DNA of 64,000 nucleotides from Amphiscolops sp. MND2022 (lineage: Eukaryota), in contig OZ076409.1 of NCBI GenBank assembly GCA_964187785.1, forward strand, positions 94,986,001-95,050,000. The letters are read 5' to 3'. Under the pieces are notes generated by a model. That model worked only from the letters and a program-made list of their open reading frames with translations. It did not search any database and was not told the DNA's origin. Every line of letters starts with the position of its first letter. Position 1 is the first letter of the stretch. Position numbers and translations under genes: made by a program. Shown here in pieces: positions 14,392 to 27,488 of this stretch.

Positions 14392-15226
14392 ATATACCTA
14401 AATTAAAAATGGCAGTTCATAATTTTGGTTATAGTGCCGAGAGCTTGCAAAGAGATGATATTGATTTAGAAAAAGGATTAGAATAACAAACCAAATTAAT
14501 TAACATAAACTTATAGATATGTCTGATAAATTGGAAAAACGATTTTAAAACTAATAACCATGATGATACCGAAGGCGCCTTGCGTGTAGAAGAAATTAAT
14601 TTTGTCGTGGTGAAACCAAGGTAGCAGTCATTGCAAAAATATTCTTAGAAATGAATATAAGTACAGCAAAGATGGCTTCGCAAAGAGAGGATATAAGAAT
14701 AAATGTGAAATATGTAGGACCAGATATTAAAAATAAAGTATTAGAAAAGAAAAAAGAAGTTATTTTAGACGCTGCCAAGTTAGTAGAAGAACAACAAACC
14801 GTTTCAGGTAATCAGTTTGAGTGAAACCTTATTTCAGAGTTGGAGAAGTTTAAAAGTGAAGCAGTCAAAGATACTATTCAATTATTATATAACAAAGGAT
14901 TGTTTGACTCATTTGAAAATAAAGAAGAAACTTTTATTGAGTATCTAACCTTTACAAACCAATACTTGTTGGAAAAATACGGAACAGAATTACAAACATC
15001 AAATGGTGTGTAATATTTATCAGACTTAGACTTTTCAACGAGGGATATCGTGAAGTGCTTGAAAAAAAATTAATACAAAGATTTTGTTGCCCTTAAATAT
15101 AGAATGAAACTAACCACAACTGATCGCAATTTCATACTTTTTGAAAACTAAAAATGTAAACATTTAAATGAGTGTGAACTGAAAACCAAGTTTTTGATTT
15201 AAATAAATGAATGAAAACTTATATCC

Positions 15227-15680
15227 TAATTTTCGCGAATTGGGCCATCCAGGAGGTTTAGATATACGATTGAAAGAAATAAATACTTTTATTAATTCAA
15301 TTCAAAAATGGAAAGATATTTAAAATTTTTATAAGCACGAAGCTAAAATGTATAAAAAGAAATCTAAGACATATAAACGATTTCAATTCAATCTACTGAT
15401 TGAGTTTTAATAATGGGTGTTTCTTCAACATCACATTAAGTAATTCCGGAGTTGGCCTTGTTCTTGTGTCCAGCGCGAGTGGTTTAGATGCAGGAGCATG
15501 TGTATTCAGTAAGTTTATTGGTGGGTATCTGAAACGAAAAGAACAACATAATATTAAAAAATATACACTTGCTGGTGGAACTTAAAAAACTTTATCCGAA
15601 TGAATTCAACCAACTAAAACAAACATACGATGTAAATAAAACAAGAAAAACCAAACTAAATTCTGAGTTTACTTTTTTAG
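15227..15680 (+). pseudogene. Small Polinton membrane-associated ORF, decayed
   Basis: MNENLYPNF..IRLKEIN, a basic stretch, then hydrophobic ITLSNSGVGLVLVSSASGLDAGACVFSKFI followed by KRKEQH. Lies directly upstream of the capsid gene. Confidence 0.4.
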
Positions 15681-15816
15681 GCTAACCTTGTTTAGTAAAA
15701 ACAATATTAGAATAAAATTCTAAGCTTTGCATATCAGCTGAAACTTAATATCATCATGAATTTTTCCTAATGAAAACCAGAGGTTTGCAGAAAAAATGAT
15801 GGTTTTTTTCTTATAA

Positions 15817-17041
15817 ATGGAATTATTTTCATTGAAAAATAAATATGCGCTTAATAAACCTTTTCATAAAAATGATTTTCAAGTATTCACATGATAGTTT
15901 GGCGACAATCAATAATAATACTTCACTTGTTTTAATCATTTCACTAAGAGAAGTCGCATGTATTTGTTTACAAAATTCATATGTACCTGTAGATTTTGAA
16001 GTACTCAAGCAAGATGATACAAGATACGCCGATGGTGATCAAGTAAGCTTAACTATCTTTGGGCCTGTTGCTTTAGTTAGTGAAGCGAAGCTGACTACCA
16101 GTTCGGGGAAACATTTGGAAAAAATTGACAACCTCCGGATTATAAGTATAGTGCACAAACTTTTAACTTCCCATCAACAAACCAGTGACTTGATGTATTG
16201 TTTTGAAGAATCACAAGCAACCAAAAGACAAGAACTAACAAACAATAAGACAGAGAATGGAACATTCTTTGTGAACATCAAGCTAATTGATTTTATTGGA
16301 TTTGCTGATCAAGAAAAGGTAACATATGGTTTGGGCTATACTCTTACTATAAAACGTAACAATACTAACGATCCCATTATAAAGGACAACGCAACAGATG
16401 CTGCAAAAATTGTTATAAAAAACATAGATTAGTATGTTCCACACTTTACACCTAGCTTAGAAAACCAACAAATTATGATGAACCAGTTATCGAATAAAGA
16501 TCCAACTGAATTGTGTTACAATGAACGGATTGTTTTTAGAAAAGATGTAAACACAAATAATAATTGGACCTTTGACTTGGGAAATAGTGGAGAATCCACA
16601 CCAACTTTCGTAATAGTTGAATTTCGAGCTAGAAATGAAATTGATTACAGACTCATGATAATGCAATATTTGATCGTTTACCTATTTCAAATGCTGTTTG
16701 TAAAAGAGGATCAGAAAAAGTTTCTGTTGATTGATTTGAGTGTGATTATGATAGAAACACTTACCGTGAAGCATATCAAAAAGTGTAAATCTTCCAACAG
16801 TTAAAAAGTGAAACTAACCTATTGAGGCCATTCGTTGATTTGCATAAATTTTTATGTATTTGACTTATCCAAACAAAAAGATCGTATTGCGAGTGAACCG
16901 TTTGGATTAAAATATAAATTTCGTGCTGCCATTGATGTAGCTGATTATATAGCTTATGCCCTGGTCCTAACATCTAAGTTTTTAAGTATTAGTAGTGGTG
17001 GGCAAAGGCATTTCGATTTAATATGGGAAATATATTTATGA
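15817..17041 (+). pseudogene. Double-jelly-roll major capsid protein-like gene, disrupted
   Basis: ORFs 15845-16432, 16475-16804 and 16835-17041 join into ~400 aa of beta-rich protein (LQNSYVPVDFEV..AKLTTSSGKHLEKID..FIGFADQEKVTYGLGYTLTIKRN..WTFDLG..PTFVIV..FYVFDLSKQ). Context is Polinton-like. Confidence 0.75.
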
Positions 17042-17249
17042 GAAATAAATTTCTGAGAAATAAATTTATAATATAACTTTTATATATAAAATATTAGGGA
17101 ATCTCTGATACTGAAATGTTAATTTTAAAGAATGATAAAAATATAAAATGACAAAAATATATGAAAAATGTATTCATTATATATATTATTATTATAAACT
17201 ATGAGCTATATCATTTTCATATCACAGCAGTTTTAAATATCACTGCTAT

Positions 17250-20200
17250 ATCTCTGCAGTTTCAAAAGCTGTTGATGGGTTAATTTTTCTTTCCAATACC
17301 AAACGGTTAAGTGTATGCGGAACCAGCTTTGCTGTATTTTTTCATCTGTTTTACCATTTTTAGTTAATTTTTTATGATATAAAAGACTTAAGATATAAAC
17401 TTCAAACAATATAAACATCGACAACCGCCTTGTTGTTTGGGTTTATCACATAGTAAACTTTTTATTGGATTTAAGTACATACGCTTATCGTCAAAAGGCT
17501 TCAAAGCTAGTTCGTTTTATTCTTCAACTGATAATTGATGTAAGTTTGAACGAAAAAATTGTTGCATTTGTTGTTTCAGAATTAAACAAGCAACGTTTGT
17601 AATATTCACATTCAGGGGTTTTTGTATTCCTTTTTGTTTTGCTTTTTGAATGGTTTGGTATGCGAAGCCCGCTCTGTGGTATGAAAAAGAATATGATTTT
17701 GATCCTAAAGCTATGACGCTATCTAATACTAATACAGGACTTGTTTCAATTTTCATTTTTCTTTTAACTTTTTTGTTGATAGGATTATATAATTCATGAG
17801 ACTTATCTAATTCACTAAACTCAAATTCATTTTTGTTTTGTTGTAGGACCTCTAACAATTGTAGGTTGTTTGCATCAAAACTAAGAACAAAACTGTCAGT
17901 ATCCATATAATGTAAGTATACGCGGTGTTTCGAAGACGGTTCTAAAGTATGATAACAAAATTCATACATTAATAGTTTACTTAATTCTAACACAGAGAAC
18001 CCTAAATAAATTGGTTTTTCAATAAATGTTTTTTCTTTATCAAACTTGTACACACTAAAAATTTCGAACCAATTGATGATTCTCTTGAAACTTAACTTGG
18101 ATTGTGTTTTGAGAAATTGGTTTGTTTGAGAATGATCAATGAATTCTAGATTGGTTCTATCTCTTACAATTTCCATAGTTTTCCCAAAGAAAGCATTGTT
18201 GAATAATTTGTACAGGCGTTTTTAAAAGTTTGTTTTTGCTTTGGTGCGTTCTTGGGTGTTATGATCAATGTTTTTGCTAACTATGGACTTTGCTTGAAGC
18301 GGTAGATGGTTTGACTTTTTGTTACTTTCATCCAGTGGTTAAGATAAAACTTGAACATCCTGTAGTGCATCATAAATTTTTGTTTGTTAGATCACACACA
18401 AACGTCTGGGTTGGGTTGTATTTCGATTGTTTAACAAGTTTAATATATTCTGTGAACAACTCACAGTTAGCTTCTACTAGATAAAGACAAAAAAGAACGT
18501 TTACACTCTTTATCTTGTGAAATTTCAAATCACATTCAATAAAGCATCCCTCTTCATTATCATCTGGTATTTGTAATAAATCTTCTACTAATGGCTCTAG
18601 CGGGTAATCATTATTGTCAAGAGTTAAATTTTCGAAATAACTAGAAGGAAGATAATGACTCATAGCCCAACCATATAAAATATTTGCATCGATACAAAAG
18701 ATTTGTTTGTTGACACCCGATACAACATGCCTATCACCCATAACACATGAAATTCCTCCACGTACATTGTTTTCCAACAACAGTAACAAGTGTTCATCTT
18801 TTATGAAGTCTAACTTTATATTAGTCAATTCCAATCCAGCTTTCCATGTTTATCCAGGAGCTGAGTATGAGTATTGTGGATTAAAACCATACACGAGAGT
18901 AGACTTCTCATACAAAGTTCTCAAAACATCAGCTAATTGAAGAACATCCCTTTATAAATATAACATAGGTAATTCTTGTCCGTTCTTTATATTATTACTT
19001 CTAATTATTTCTTGTGTGCGATGAATTTCTTCATCTGGAGGGGTTTCTTGTTTTAGTGTTGACGAAAAGTCTTCTTTTGTTAGATTGATTGGTTTATCAA
19101 AAACACCGAGGTTATCGAAAGCGCTTTGCGTGAAGTATTCAAAAGGTTAAGCCACTTTCGTCTTAAATAATTCATCCATTCCGAAGGCACTTTGCATTAT
19201 AGGGAAGCAGTCTAAACTTTTAACTAATTTATCCAAACTACTTCTTAGAAAACGGTATGAATCTAGAAACCTTAAATAACCTACTTGTACAATAACACAT
19301 TTTTCCATTGACTTAGGAATTAGTTCTGGTTCAAACCTCATTTAACTGAAAGTTTGTGTTAAGAGTTGTTCAAATTTACGATAACAATCATACCCAGAAA
19401 AATTGTGGAAAAATATTGGAAAAAAAACTTGATTGTTTCTGGTTTACATTTATTGGTTTTACATTCAGAATGGGCTGCTCCTCGGTAGTGTCCAGTAAGA
19501 TGATCGTGGTCTCTAACTTTAGCATTTTGTGTAGGTGAATCAAAAGGTTCTTCGCAAAGCCAACACTCTTCTGCAAGTTGAAATGATTCTTCTTCTTGAG
19601 GAGTTATTTGTAATTCTAAGCTTGTTTGGATATAGTTATTTGCATTTTTGTTTAGTGTCATCATTTCATTTACAAACCATTTTACACAACCTTCGCTGAA
19701 GTATGAGTAATATTGATTTCCAAATGGTGCAATTAGATAATATCCTACTGCAATTAAAATTTGTTCAAATAAAACATTGAGGTCATGCGAAGCCAGCTTT
19801 GCTATATTTTGAGGTTGATTAAAACATTCAAAATCAGCAAATACTCCTATTGGTAAAGGTACTTTTATATAGTGATCTTCAAACTTTAGATTTTCCTTCC
19901 AACTGAAATCGATTTCAGTTGGTTGCTACTTTTGACAACGATCTATATGATCAATCAGAACCGGTTGTGGACTGAATGCTGTCAAATACCTCCTACAAAC
20001 ATGTTTCGTGTTTGAATGATTTTTTTATTTGACAATGCAACTTTGTTATTAGGCAGTAGTAATATTCATACAATAACAAATCTATTTGTGGTTGATCAAA
20101 GTTTGTGTTTATGTGGATTGGTGTTAAAATTGTTCCAGTGAGTTCAAGTACGTTTATGTTTCTAGTATTCATTTTTTCAAACTTAGGTGTATCTGTAACT

Positions 20201-20280
20201 TTCATAGGGAATTCTAAGCCTTCGGTACGCACAGTTTGCATATACTTAACATAATTTGAAGTTTTACTTTTATCATCCTA
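17250..20280 (-). pseudogene. Protein-primed family B DNA polymerase with an embedded endonuclease VII-like motif; frameshifted and 5'-truncated
   Basis: PolB motifs CIDANILYGWAMS, KLFNNAFFGKTME (~18170-18210) and YMDTDS. Exonuclease-region LRFLDSYRFL. CWLCEEP..KVRDHDHLTGHYRGAAHSEC. Confidence 0.92.
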
Positions 20281-21490
20281 TGAACAAATCCAGCATCTAC
20301 CTTTGTAGGTATCTGTGGTTGGTACTTGAGTTTGATTGCATTTGTGACTGCTTTAATGAGCCGATCTCTCGTGTTCATGGCACCTTTTCGTCTTAACAGT
20401 AAATCTGCTATATGTTTGTCTTCAATATAGGTAGCCAGGTTCTCATGAATTTCTTTGACAGTCTAACCGTGCTCGTCAGCTGCATTCCAATAACCTAACG
20501 TTTGGGCTTTGTCAGCAGAGTTCTTCAGGAAGTTTTCACTTTTGTTGTTATCGAACCGTTTACGTTCTGCCATCTCTTCACTTCTCGATTGAATTTAGTT
20601 CCCAAAGTCACAACAGTCCACACTTCCAGAGTCACGATAGCCCAGACTCCCAGAGACATAAAAACCCAATCTCCCAGAGACATAATAACCCAATATACCA
20701 GAGACACAGTAGCCCAATATCCCAGAGACACAGTGACCCAATCCGCCAGAGATACAGTAGCCCAAACACCCAGAGTCACAACAGCCCAAACTCCCAGAGA
20801 CACAAAAACAGAGACTCCAAGATCCAGGCACTTATTCTTCTTGGGTAATCTTCTCAGTTGTCCACCAACGAGTCGTCTTCGTCCTCATCTTCTTCTTCTA
20901 GTCCGGGTCGGCGGACCAAATGTAACGGCTGCTTGCCCTTATCCTGCGCTGAGACTTGACAAGCTTTACGCCGCCCTGAGCGGTTGCTTAAAGCTGTGGA
21001 CCGACACTAAACAATTCCTGGTTTTCTTGTTTTAAAGGAGTGTATCCTGGCTGCTGCGATGTGACCCGTGGAATCTCCTGCGATCCCGCTTTACACTGAC
21101 TTGGATCCGATGTGATCCTGCACAAAAATCCCGCTCTGTATCTTCACGCGCTCCGGATCTCCAACTATGAGAGTAGCTACTTATTCGCTCTGACTCTAGC
21201 GAAAAGTTGTAAAGATGTGGAAAGTCAATCAGTCTCGCGGTCCTAAAACCTAACTTGAGTATTGCTATTCAGTGGAGAAAATCCTTATCTAATAATAGTA
21301 TAAATGTGGTGTACATTTCTAGAGTAAAGATAGAACGAATATCAGTTGAAATATGTGGTATAAATATATGACGTTCAAAGCATAATAGGAAGATTTTGGC
21401 TAAGTAAACGAACAAGGTTGTGGTTTTGGTTAGGTGGGCTAGTAGGTATGTTTACACTATGTAAATATCATTAATTACAACAGAGTTACA
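20281..21490 (-). mobile_element. Probable 5' remnant of another LTR retrotransposon (LTR ~21168-21490, PBS-like TGG, leader with minisatellite) abutting the truncated PolB
   Basis: The minus strand begins TGTAAC at 21490, ends ..CTCA at 21168, then tagtTGGAGATCC. Composition changes abruptly at ~20280. No second LTR seen. Confidence 0.35.
20602..20817 (+). repeat. 24-bp minisatellite, 9 diverged copies (consensus ~ccagagacacagtagcccaatntc)
   Basis: Units start at 20602, 20626, 20650 and so on up to 20794. Confidence 0.9.
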
Positions 21491-21879
21491 TTTCAAGGAA
21501 GTCATATGGGTTAATAGCACTGTTTACAATTTTGTACCAATGACGTTGACTACTACACATGAGAGGGGCAAAGGAAGTGTTAATGAATGAATGACATTGA
21601 TACTTAGCCGTTGTGTTCGGGTTTTGTACCTGCATATGTGTGCCACGTTTCTGAGCTCTAGGGTTAATAGTTGTTGAGAAAACCACGACTGGGGGTTTTT
21701 CGAATTTATGACGATCGACTTTTCTTCAAGTTTTCATATAAGTTATAAAGTGTTTAAGTTCTTGTTTCTCAACCAGCATGTTCTAAATCGAGATTCTTTG
21801 CCTGCTGATGACTGGCGCCAACAACCACACTCCGTTGTTTTTCCACTCCGTTGTAGTTGCACCATTGATACGAAATGCC

Positions 21880-24070
21880 AAGGAGGCTGCAATAAAATTT
21901 TTTTTATTGTTTTCATCATTTACTTTTGTCCAGTTTTAAAACATATGATCTCGTTTAGTGATGGTGTTTGCTACTGTATTGGTAATCTAATCAGTAGAAC
22001 TTTCCCTTATTTTGATTTCTGTTACGAGTGCGAAACGCTAAATGCGTTCGAAAATGAATTTTCAAATTTGATCGGTATAATTTAAGTTGTTTCCATCTAG
22101 TTCAATAACCTTTGTTCCAGAAGAAAAATAATTAAGCATTGTCGCAGTTAATGTTTTTCAAGTATCTTGGTCAACTTTGCTGTGACTTACAGTTGTTACT
22201 TGAATTTTCTCATCCGGAAATTCGCCTTGTTTTTTTAAAGATCACTCATTGTAGGTTTTGTCAGTTTAATGGGTGGTCTGGTATCAGTAAAGTAATGGTT
22301 GAAAAATATTGATGATGTTGGTGTCACCAGTGATGGTTCTCTGTTTTGCTTCCTGAAGCTGTCGGCCAAAAGTTAGTTTTCGTATTTGATTTGAACTGCC
22401 GAGTCTTTGATAGTTTCGATGTTAAAGTCTCCGAAGATCTTACTGATATGTTTGAGAGATCTTGAAAATTGAAAGAGCAGTTCGAACTCCAGAAGAAATG
22501 CAGTGAGCTTATTTGCGTGCGGTCTCTACGAGACCCAAAAATTTTTATGAATGTCCCGAAATTCAGTTCAAAAATTTCAGCTTCTGGTGATGACATCGAC
22601 TGATTGAACATTCAATCTCAACAACAAAAAGTCCTTGTTTTGACAAAAACGTTTATGTTTTATTAGGTTTTGCAACATTGAAGTGCAAGACTTTTATTGT
22701 AATTTTCCTCCCATGTAAAGGGAGAAGGAAAATCATGATCTGTGTTGCGTTTTCATTCCAAATTCTGCCATAACTCCACTCTTCACTTCACACTTCTCTA
22801 CACTCTCGCGCTTCACTTAGTTACTTGACTAATTTTTGTTACTTGACTATTTTGTAAAATAGTCAAGAAACTAAAATAGCTCATAGGGGGAATAATATTC
22901 GAAGTCAAAAATGGGAATAAGATTAAAGGATATAAGATCTTAAATCACTAAATTTTAGATCTTTTACTTTAAATTCTATTCCCCCCTCTCAAATAGCTAC
23001 GGCTCAGTTGGTGAAGGCGAAGGAAACTGAAATAGTCCTGGTGCTTAGCGGGCGTCTTGTTTGTTGGTGGGTGGTTATGCAGTCACTACTGGTTAGCAGT
23101 GTTTTGTTCAATCTTTGCATGCATTGCAAAGTTGCGTAACTGTTTATGTTAACCATTTCAAAGACCCTTGACGGTAAAACATGCTTCTAATCGTAGTCCT
23201 CCGTTAATTGTTCTGAGGATTTATTATCTTGACGGGGAGCTTTCTGTTGAATACCCTCTTCTCCGGGCGAAGCACGTAATCTTTTCAAATCAATGTCATT
23301 GCCACACAATTTTTAATGAAGAATTGTCAGTGCTTTTGCGGGCGTTTGTCGATGCCCTTATATTCATAGTCGTTGCAGTTTTTTGGAATTAACGATAACG
23401 CTCCGAAGTTGGTTTTCTTCAGTTGCAACGGAAACTTTCACCTCGTAATGGTAGGTTGAAGTGCTTAGACCTCGTTATGCTTGTTCAAATATTTGTTTTT
23501 GGCAGTGAGGCAGTCGTTCTTTCATGATTCGTGATTTGGTGTGAATCGTGTGTTTCATTCCTGCAAGCCAGTGAAGATTTTATGCAATACAGCTAGCTTT
23601 TTTCATCATCCAAGTACGAAAATTCGACGATGATGGCTGGAGGATACCTTTCACTACGCTAATTATCGGATTTGAGACAGTTTTTTATTGTATGCATTTT
23701 TCGTAAAGGCCAAATGTCGTTCAATGAAGTGGCTTACTGCTCATGTACATGAGGTTTCTTGTCCAAATGAGGCATTCTTTCAATAAAATTGCAATCCTCG
23801 AACGAGTTCATCTCCTGTTCGATAACCCACTGTTCCTTATCAAAAACTCTGTTGCGTAAAGATACGATTTCACTTTACTTTCCTCAAAAATCTCGGTAAA
23901 TTTGCTCAGAACAAAAACTATTTCTTTTTTAAGGGCTGTAATATCGGCCATCAAGCTGTCCATACTTAATTCAAGCGAGCGATCACGTAATGCAAACAGC
24001 GCAAAATTTGTCAGCATGCACACGACTGCATTCAAGCGTTTTTGAGTTCATGAACTGTTTTAGCAACTAC
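21880..24070 (-). pseudogene. Heavily decayed non-LTR (LINE-like) remnant
   Basis: ORF1-like piece YPPAIIVEF (~23630) downstream of a coiled-coil-like ORF (23808-24035). ORF2-like piece ITNTVANTITKRDHMF near 21940-21990. Many stops. Confidence 0.35.
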
Positions 24071-26879
24071 TCTTTTTCTCATGAATACCCATAGACGAGA
24101 AGAAAATGCAAAGATCAATAAAACGCTGAAATTCTTACAATTTTTTACGATGTATATTTTCTGCACATTGTCAAAGAAACAGTTGCTTTTATAACTTGAA
24201 AAATGTTTTGTTGTTGAAATGTGCGGGTACTACTACCAACGTAACGTTCCAGAAAAATGCAATGCAGTTGCCTACAAATTTGGAGAGAGAAAGTGTTCAC
24301 TTTCCGAAGTACGCGGTGTCCGAGACTAGCTCATTTCTGATTTTTGAAAATGGTAATGGTCCGGTGACTCCCTGGGCAGGCTGCAGAGCCAGTTACAGCG
24401 GCATCCCGCGGAATGTTGCCTGACGATTACTTGTCACTATGCGGTTCAATACTATGCGGCATCATACGGTTCGACAACTTTCATATACTCATCGGTATGC
24501 GTTTTTACATCAACTTAGATCGTGCAATTATGCTGTTAAATTATATAAGTATCGTGTCACACAGTGCTTTGTGAAGTTTTTCCAGGGTCTTTAGGCCCTA
24601 TTCTTTAATTTTGCATGTGATGTAGTGAGATATAAATAACGTGTCATGTAGTGAGATTTCTACTTCTCCCCCTGAATGACTCCACTTAAAAGGAGTTTCA
24701 TGCTCCCAGTTTTTCAGAAGAGAGAGTACTGTAAAATTTGATTCTTTGGAAATTTAACCCATATCGCAGTCAGTGGCTCAAAATCATTAATTTGATAACA
24801 TTGTGCAAGCAGTTTCTATTGACAATTGTTCTGTTCTCATCACCTTTTCTGGATCTAAAAGATACTTCGGTATAATTCAAATTCTCCCCCGAAACTACCC
24901 TTTTCAAGTGAGTAAAATGGGGAACAAGAGGAATAGAAGAACGAGAAAACTAAAAACTCCATCTGCGTAGAGAGAAAATAGAGAAACTTGTAATACAGCT
25001 AATATAACTTCAACTAATGTTATTTCTGAGAATCAGGGGAAAATAGGTGAAAGTAACACCGAGTAACAACTAAATGAACCCAGTTTGATCAGTAACGAGA
25101 TACAAGTTTGGAAACAAATGATAGAAGAAAAGAACATCGACAGAAATTCAAAAATGCGAGAAAAGATTGAAAACAAATTCGAGTCGATACTATGAGATAA
25201 CTAAGGCGACCCCAAGCGGTGAACCCAAGATCAGACACTAACGATACTCAGAACCCTTAGCCGTCGGGATCAAAAAGGATTACGTCTATTGGAGTGCACG
25301 CATCAAACACTATAGATTCAGACTTAGAAGATAAAGTTGATCGTCCCCTTAGACCCTCTAATACGAATGATCTAAGGAATCCTGCTAAACTGTTTTGCCA
25401 AATGAATTAAACCTAGACGAAGCAATGATTTCAAATGATTACTCTGAGGAGGTTTATCGCACTAGGATAAAACAGTCTGGATGCCAGATTTTGCTTTTGG
25501 TTTTCTTATGCAATGGTCCTTTTCCTCACGACGGTAGCACTAAGCTAGGGATTAGCATCTAGTTCGAAAGGCAATAATGCTGCTTTTAAAAACAGTCGAT
25601 ATTGAATCCACGCTAACAAAGGCCTAATGCTTCAATATGTACACTATGGTCTTCAAAAGCAGGAACTTTTGATTGAAATTACTCACACTTCCTTGGAAAA
25701 ACTTTTTTCTCAAACTGAAAAGTATAAATAGCTAACAGTTTTAGGTTTTGGAATTGTCACACCTCCTGAAGCGTCCCAACTTCGTCAGAAATTTGCCAAC
25801 AAAGTTTAACAAGACGGGAACGTCCCAAGTCGACGCCATATTTAAGGATCAAAAATTTTCAAGGAACAATTATTGAAACACTTGAAATACTTTCAAAAAA
25901 AGTCGCACAAGGCCAAAAAACTCTTCCTCATTCAAAGAAAAAAAATGAAATTCCAATGGAACAAGTTTATTTTACTAGCTGTTTTGTAGTTTTCTGTGGA
26001 TGACCTACAAAACCAAAATGAAATGTCTGAAATACACTACAAAACGCTGAAACAAACAAAAACATGTAACATTTCTCTTCTTATGTATTTTGTCAACCTT
26101 TCGTTATTCAAATATCAAAAAACTTCATAATTTTTTCGAAAACATGCAATCTAAGAGTCCCAATTTCTGGACCAGCAGAAGTCTGTGAACTCATTGTCTC
26201 CAATGTTTTTTGGTGCGACAAAGCTACAGTGGTTACTAGAACTAGATAACATTTTGAGGCTGAGTCTTGTTGCTTTTGTGGTACATAATAGTGTACTTAA
26301 CATGATCATGTCACATGATTAATCTCTTGTTTTCCAAAACTCAAGTTAACTATAGGCATTTTTTGATTTTTTGTTTATGGATTATGGATTTGGACTGAAC
26401 GCAGGAGTGGCGTACTGAGTTTCTCGTAGCTGCTCAGCTAGATTTGTTTCAAGGTCATAACTTGAGTGATGCACCAACGTGTTTGCAGGAATAAATTTGA
26501 GCATGCTTCTCGCCTTTTGGTCTGGACAACAATTTGGGTCTGGAGTGGCGAATCTCTTTAGTGACGAAACGATTAATTTCTGGGTTAAATCAGAATAACG
26601 GAGTGAAGTCGTGGCTGAGAAAGACAAGGATTTGCTTAAATCAAATGACTTAGTGCTCAGGTCTCTTGGTGTAGCCCTGATTGAAACACAATTTCGGGAA
26701 GCTTGTATCAGACAGACTTGTTGAGGATCAACGTAATGTAAAGGACATTAACGTGATATGTAGAACAGAACATCATACGTAGCATATGTAAAGAGTTAGG
26801 TGATGAAATTGCATCAATACAATCCAATGTGAACTTCGTTCGTACTCCCGTCCTCACCGTTAAACAACCGGCTGTCATA

Positions 26880-27240
26880 CAGAGTTTTGACACCGGTAAT
26901 CAGCGATTTAGCGAATTAGCGGCCGCGCAGCGATTTTCAGCGATTTCATTAGCGATTCAAATTAGCGGTAACTAACAGACCCTCCAAATTCAAAATTTCT
27001 TCTGTGTATAGACGGTGTTTCAAAATGAATTTCGGAAAAATTCCAACTCTTACCCTTGTAAAACACGCACAGTATGAAAAATTCTAGTCTTTTTTTCTTC
27101 CAAAAACTGAATAAGGTAATTTGAAACATAGTTGAAGCTAAACATTCAATAAATTGCAGAAAAAGCTTTTCAGCGAAATAGCGATTTTCAAATGAGCGGT
27201 TTAGCGATTAGCGGAAGAAATTAGCGATGTCAAAATCCTG
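26880..27240. mobile_element. hAT-type MITE
   Basis: Imperfect TIRs CAGAGTTTTGACA / TGTCAAAATCCTG. Perfect 8-bp TSD CTGTCATA (26872-26879 and 27241-27248). Internal TTAGCG repeats. A second copy lies at 58524-58845. Confidence 0.85.
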
Positions 27241-27488
27241 CTGTCATATGATTGATTTGCGATCGTCGTTTCCACTGAGTGTTTCTGCTGGTCGACCTTG
27301 CTTAGCAAGATTTTCGCTGGCAGTTGCAAGGCACCATAGATGTTTAGAACGATGTTCGAAACTCAGAAATTACAGATATTTCTTGAAACTCGAACGTACG
27401 GCTGTTTCACCATTTATGATCTTTGGCAAACACTGCAACTAGCCATAGAACATATCAATGCGTTTGGTTCAATGCATGAGATCGAGGG

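Larger units (their letters stand above)
2542..20280. mobile_element. Decayed Polinton/Maverick-like (adintovirus-like) endogenous DNA virus; termini not visible
   Basis: Clustered A32-type packaging ATPases, rve integrase, double-jelly-roll capsid-like ORF and protein-primed PolB in uniformly very AT-rich DNA. Confidence 0.88.

Noticed and set aside
24917..25460. Decayed ORF MGNKRNRRTRKL..EPSLISNEIQVW (possibly the gag N-terminus of another LTR family)
   Set aside because: Multiple stops, and no diagnostic motif or flanking LTR to support a call.
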